Shown piece by piece: positions 35,934 through 37,286 of a stretch of 37,286 nt of DNA (within the stretch, counting starts at the first letter, position 1; every line of letters starts with the position of its first letter). The position numbers were made by a program, and so were the translations under genes. The stretch covers positions 1 through 37,286 of the forward strand of contig CAYXDB010000002.1 in the NCBI GenBank assembly GCA_964463735.1, given 5' to 3'. Source of the DNA: an uncultured Ruminococcus sp. Lineage in GTDB: Bacteria; Bacillota; Clostridia; Oscillospirales; CAG-272. The notes under the pieces were generated by a model. That model worked only from the letters and a program-made list of their open reading frames with translations, searched no databases and was not told the DNA's origin.

Positions 35934-36737
35934 ATGGATCTTCTAAACACAGATATCACCCTGACGCACATTGCCCTTGTATGCCTGGTGCGTGCGGGAT
36001 GCGGTGAGCGCGTCCATCCCCATCGCCCCAGCCATGGCCTGGTGTGGAACGTGGCGGGAGAAAAGGAATATGCCTTTTCCGATGGCACGACACTGCAAGT
36101 GCGGGAAAACGACCTGCTGTATCTGCCGCGCCATACCGATTATACCGTGCGCGACATCTCCCCGGGCGACTGTTATGCCATCAATTTTCTGACGGACGAT
36201 GACACTTCTTTTTCTCCGTTTCTCCTGCGCCCGCGCAATCTGCGCCCGTATGCCGATATTTTTATCGCGTTGGAGAAGGCCTATCGCACCGTAGAACAGG
36301 GGTATCTCTTTTCCTGCAAAGCTGGCGTATATACCCTGTTGCACCTGATGGGCAAAGAGCGGGAGGCGGAATACATCCCGCGGTCTAAACAAGCCATTTT
36401 GCGCCCTGCCATGGAATATATCCACAATTTTTATGCATCTGAGGAGATCAGCATTCCCTATCTTGCCGCCTTGTGCCATATCCAGTGCTCTTATTTTCGG
36501 CAATTATTTGCCATCTGTTATGGGACATCGCCTGTCCGCTACATCAATCAATTGAAACTGGCACGCGCCAAGGCGCTACTGAGCCAGACCACCTGCACGA
36601 TTGAAGAGATCGCCGACATGGCCGGATTTCACAATCTAAATTACTTCCATCGTTTTTTCAAAAAAGAGACGGGGACCACCCCGGTGCACTATCGCCGCGA
36701 GGCGCTGGACTGCGCGGCGCCCCCGCATGTGTCGTGA
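35934..36737 (+). CDS. AraC-family transcriptional regulator (cupin sensor plus HTH)
   Basis: C-terminal dual HTH 'IPYLAALCHIQCSYFRQLF...IEEIADMAGFHNLNYFHRFFKKETGTTP' and an N-terminal cupin-like domain. Start chosen at MDLLNT (35934), after AGGAGGAGG. Confidence 0.85.
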   Translation: MDLLNTDITLTHIALVCLVRAGCGERVHPHRPSHGLVWNVAGEKEYAFSDGTTLQVRENDLLYLPRHTDYTVRDISPGDCYAINFLTDDDTSFSPFLLRPRNLRPYADIFIALEKAYRTVEQGYLFSCKAGVYTLLHLMGKEREAEYIPRSKQAILRPAMEYIHNFYASEEISIPYLAALCHIQCSYFRQLFAICYGTSPVRYINQLKLARAKALLSQTTCTIEEIADMAGFHNLNYFHRFFKKETGTTPVHYRREALDCAAPPHVS

Positions 36738-36804
36738 CTGCGCAAAGCAGCTGCGCCCTCCCCTATCACGTATAAACGCAAAAACAAAATATAAGGAGTA
36801 TCAT

Positions 36805-37242
36805 ATGAACGAATTACAGATCCGCATCAAGATGCACGATAGCGAACTGCCCGTACCCACGCGCCTGACAGAGGGAGACTGGATCGATCTGCGTGCGGCA
36901 GAGACGGTCACCCTGCAGGCGGGAGAGTTCCGCGTGATCTCGCTGGGCGTCAGCATGCAACTGCCAGAGGGGTATGAAGCGCACCTGATCCCGCGCAGTT
37001 CCACCTTCAAAAATTTTGGCATTCTACAGGCCAACAGTTGCGGCCTGATTGACAACAGTTATTGCGGGGAGGGAGATATATGGGGCTTCCCTGCCATCGC
37101 CCTGCGTGATACCGTCATCCACAAGGGGGACCGCATCTGCCAATTCCGCCTGATGCAGAAACAGCCCCCTGTGACCTTCCTCCCGGTAGAGCACCTGGAG
37201 GGAAAGGAGCGCGGCGGGTTTGGCAGTACCGGAGTAAAATAA
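36805..37242 (+). CDS. dut: dUTP diphosphatase
   Basis: 'IPRSS', 'GLIDNSYCGE' and a C-terminal 'RGGFGSTG'. ATG 36805 follows AAGGAG. The track's extension to 36727 is rejected. Confidence 0.9.
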   Translation: MNELQIRIKMHDSELPVPTRLTEGDWIDLRAAETVTLQAGEFRVISLGVSMQLPEGYEAHLIPRSSTFKNFGILQANSCGLIDNSYCGEGDIWGFPAIALRDTVIHKGDRICQFRLMQKQPPVTFLPVEHLEGKERGGFGSTGVK

Positions 37243-37286
37243 GCCAGGGCCATTGTGTTTTACCAGCATAAGGCAGACCCCGTATG

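Noticed and set aside
1-37286. Scan for CRISPR arrays, IS or transposase genes, integrases, phage genes, tRNA or rRNA genes, toxin-antitoxin pairs and known defence genes.
   Set aside because: None was found by eye. Every ORF with coding character is assignable to housekeeping, sporulation, transport or the GRE locus. Intergenic regions longer than 100 nt are accounted for by promoters, terminators and the SRP RNA.

Overview
Moderately GC-rich chromosomal segment from an endospore-forming Clostridia-type Firmicute, inferred from spo0A, yqfC/yqfD, a ylbJ-like gene and Bacillus-like synteny. It is almost entirely core housekeeping. On the minus strand, yqfC-yqfD-phoH-ybeY-era-recO-mutS2 form a tightly overlapping string. 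Next come GTP-PEPCK, a tandem-FtsX permease with its ABC ATPase, and spo0A. These are followed by the conserved SRP-RNA > dnaX > ybaB > recR block and a sugar ABC uptake operon (binding protein plus two permeases). A compact coaE > M18 aminopeptidase > prfA > sua5 > topoisomerase-IIA A-subunit string follows. The rest comprises an orphan P-loop ATPase, divergent ackA and tmcAL, a small-ORF/DUF3048 lipoprotein pair, a glycyl radical enzyme (GRE) with its activase and a divergent AraC regulator, and dut. I found no CRISPR array, mobile element, tRNA or rRNA. The one locus that looks like a functionally undescribed system is the compact AraC <-> GRE-activase module (32659-36737). It encodes a short GRE of about 744 aa with an 'RVCGW' glycyl loop and a 'GCYE' thiyl loop. 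Its N-terminal half does not look to me like any characterised GRE, but I cannot verify family membership without a search. An unannotated Bacillus-type SRP RNA (about 17069-17377, minus strand) is strongly supported by sequence and by helix pairing. The many long ORFs antisense to real genes are codon-aligned shadow ORFs, not genes.
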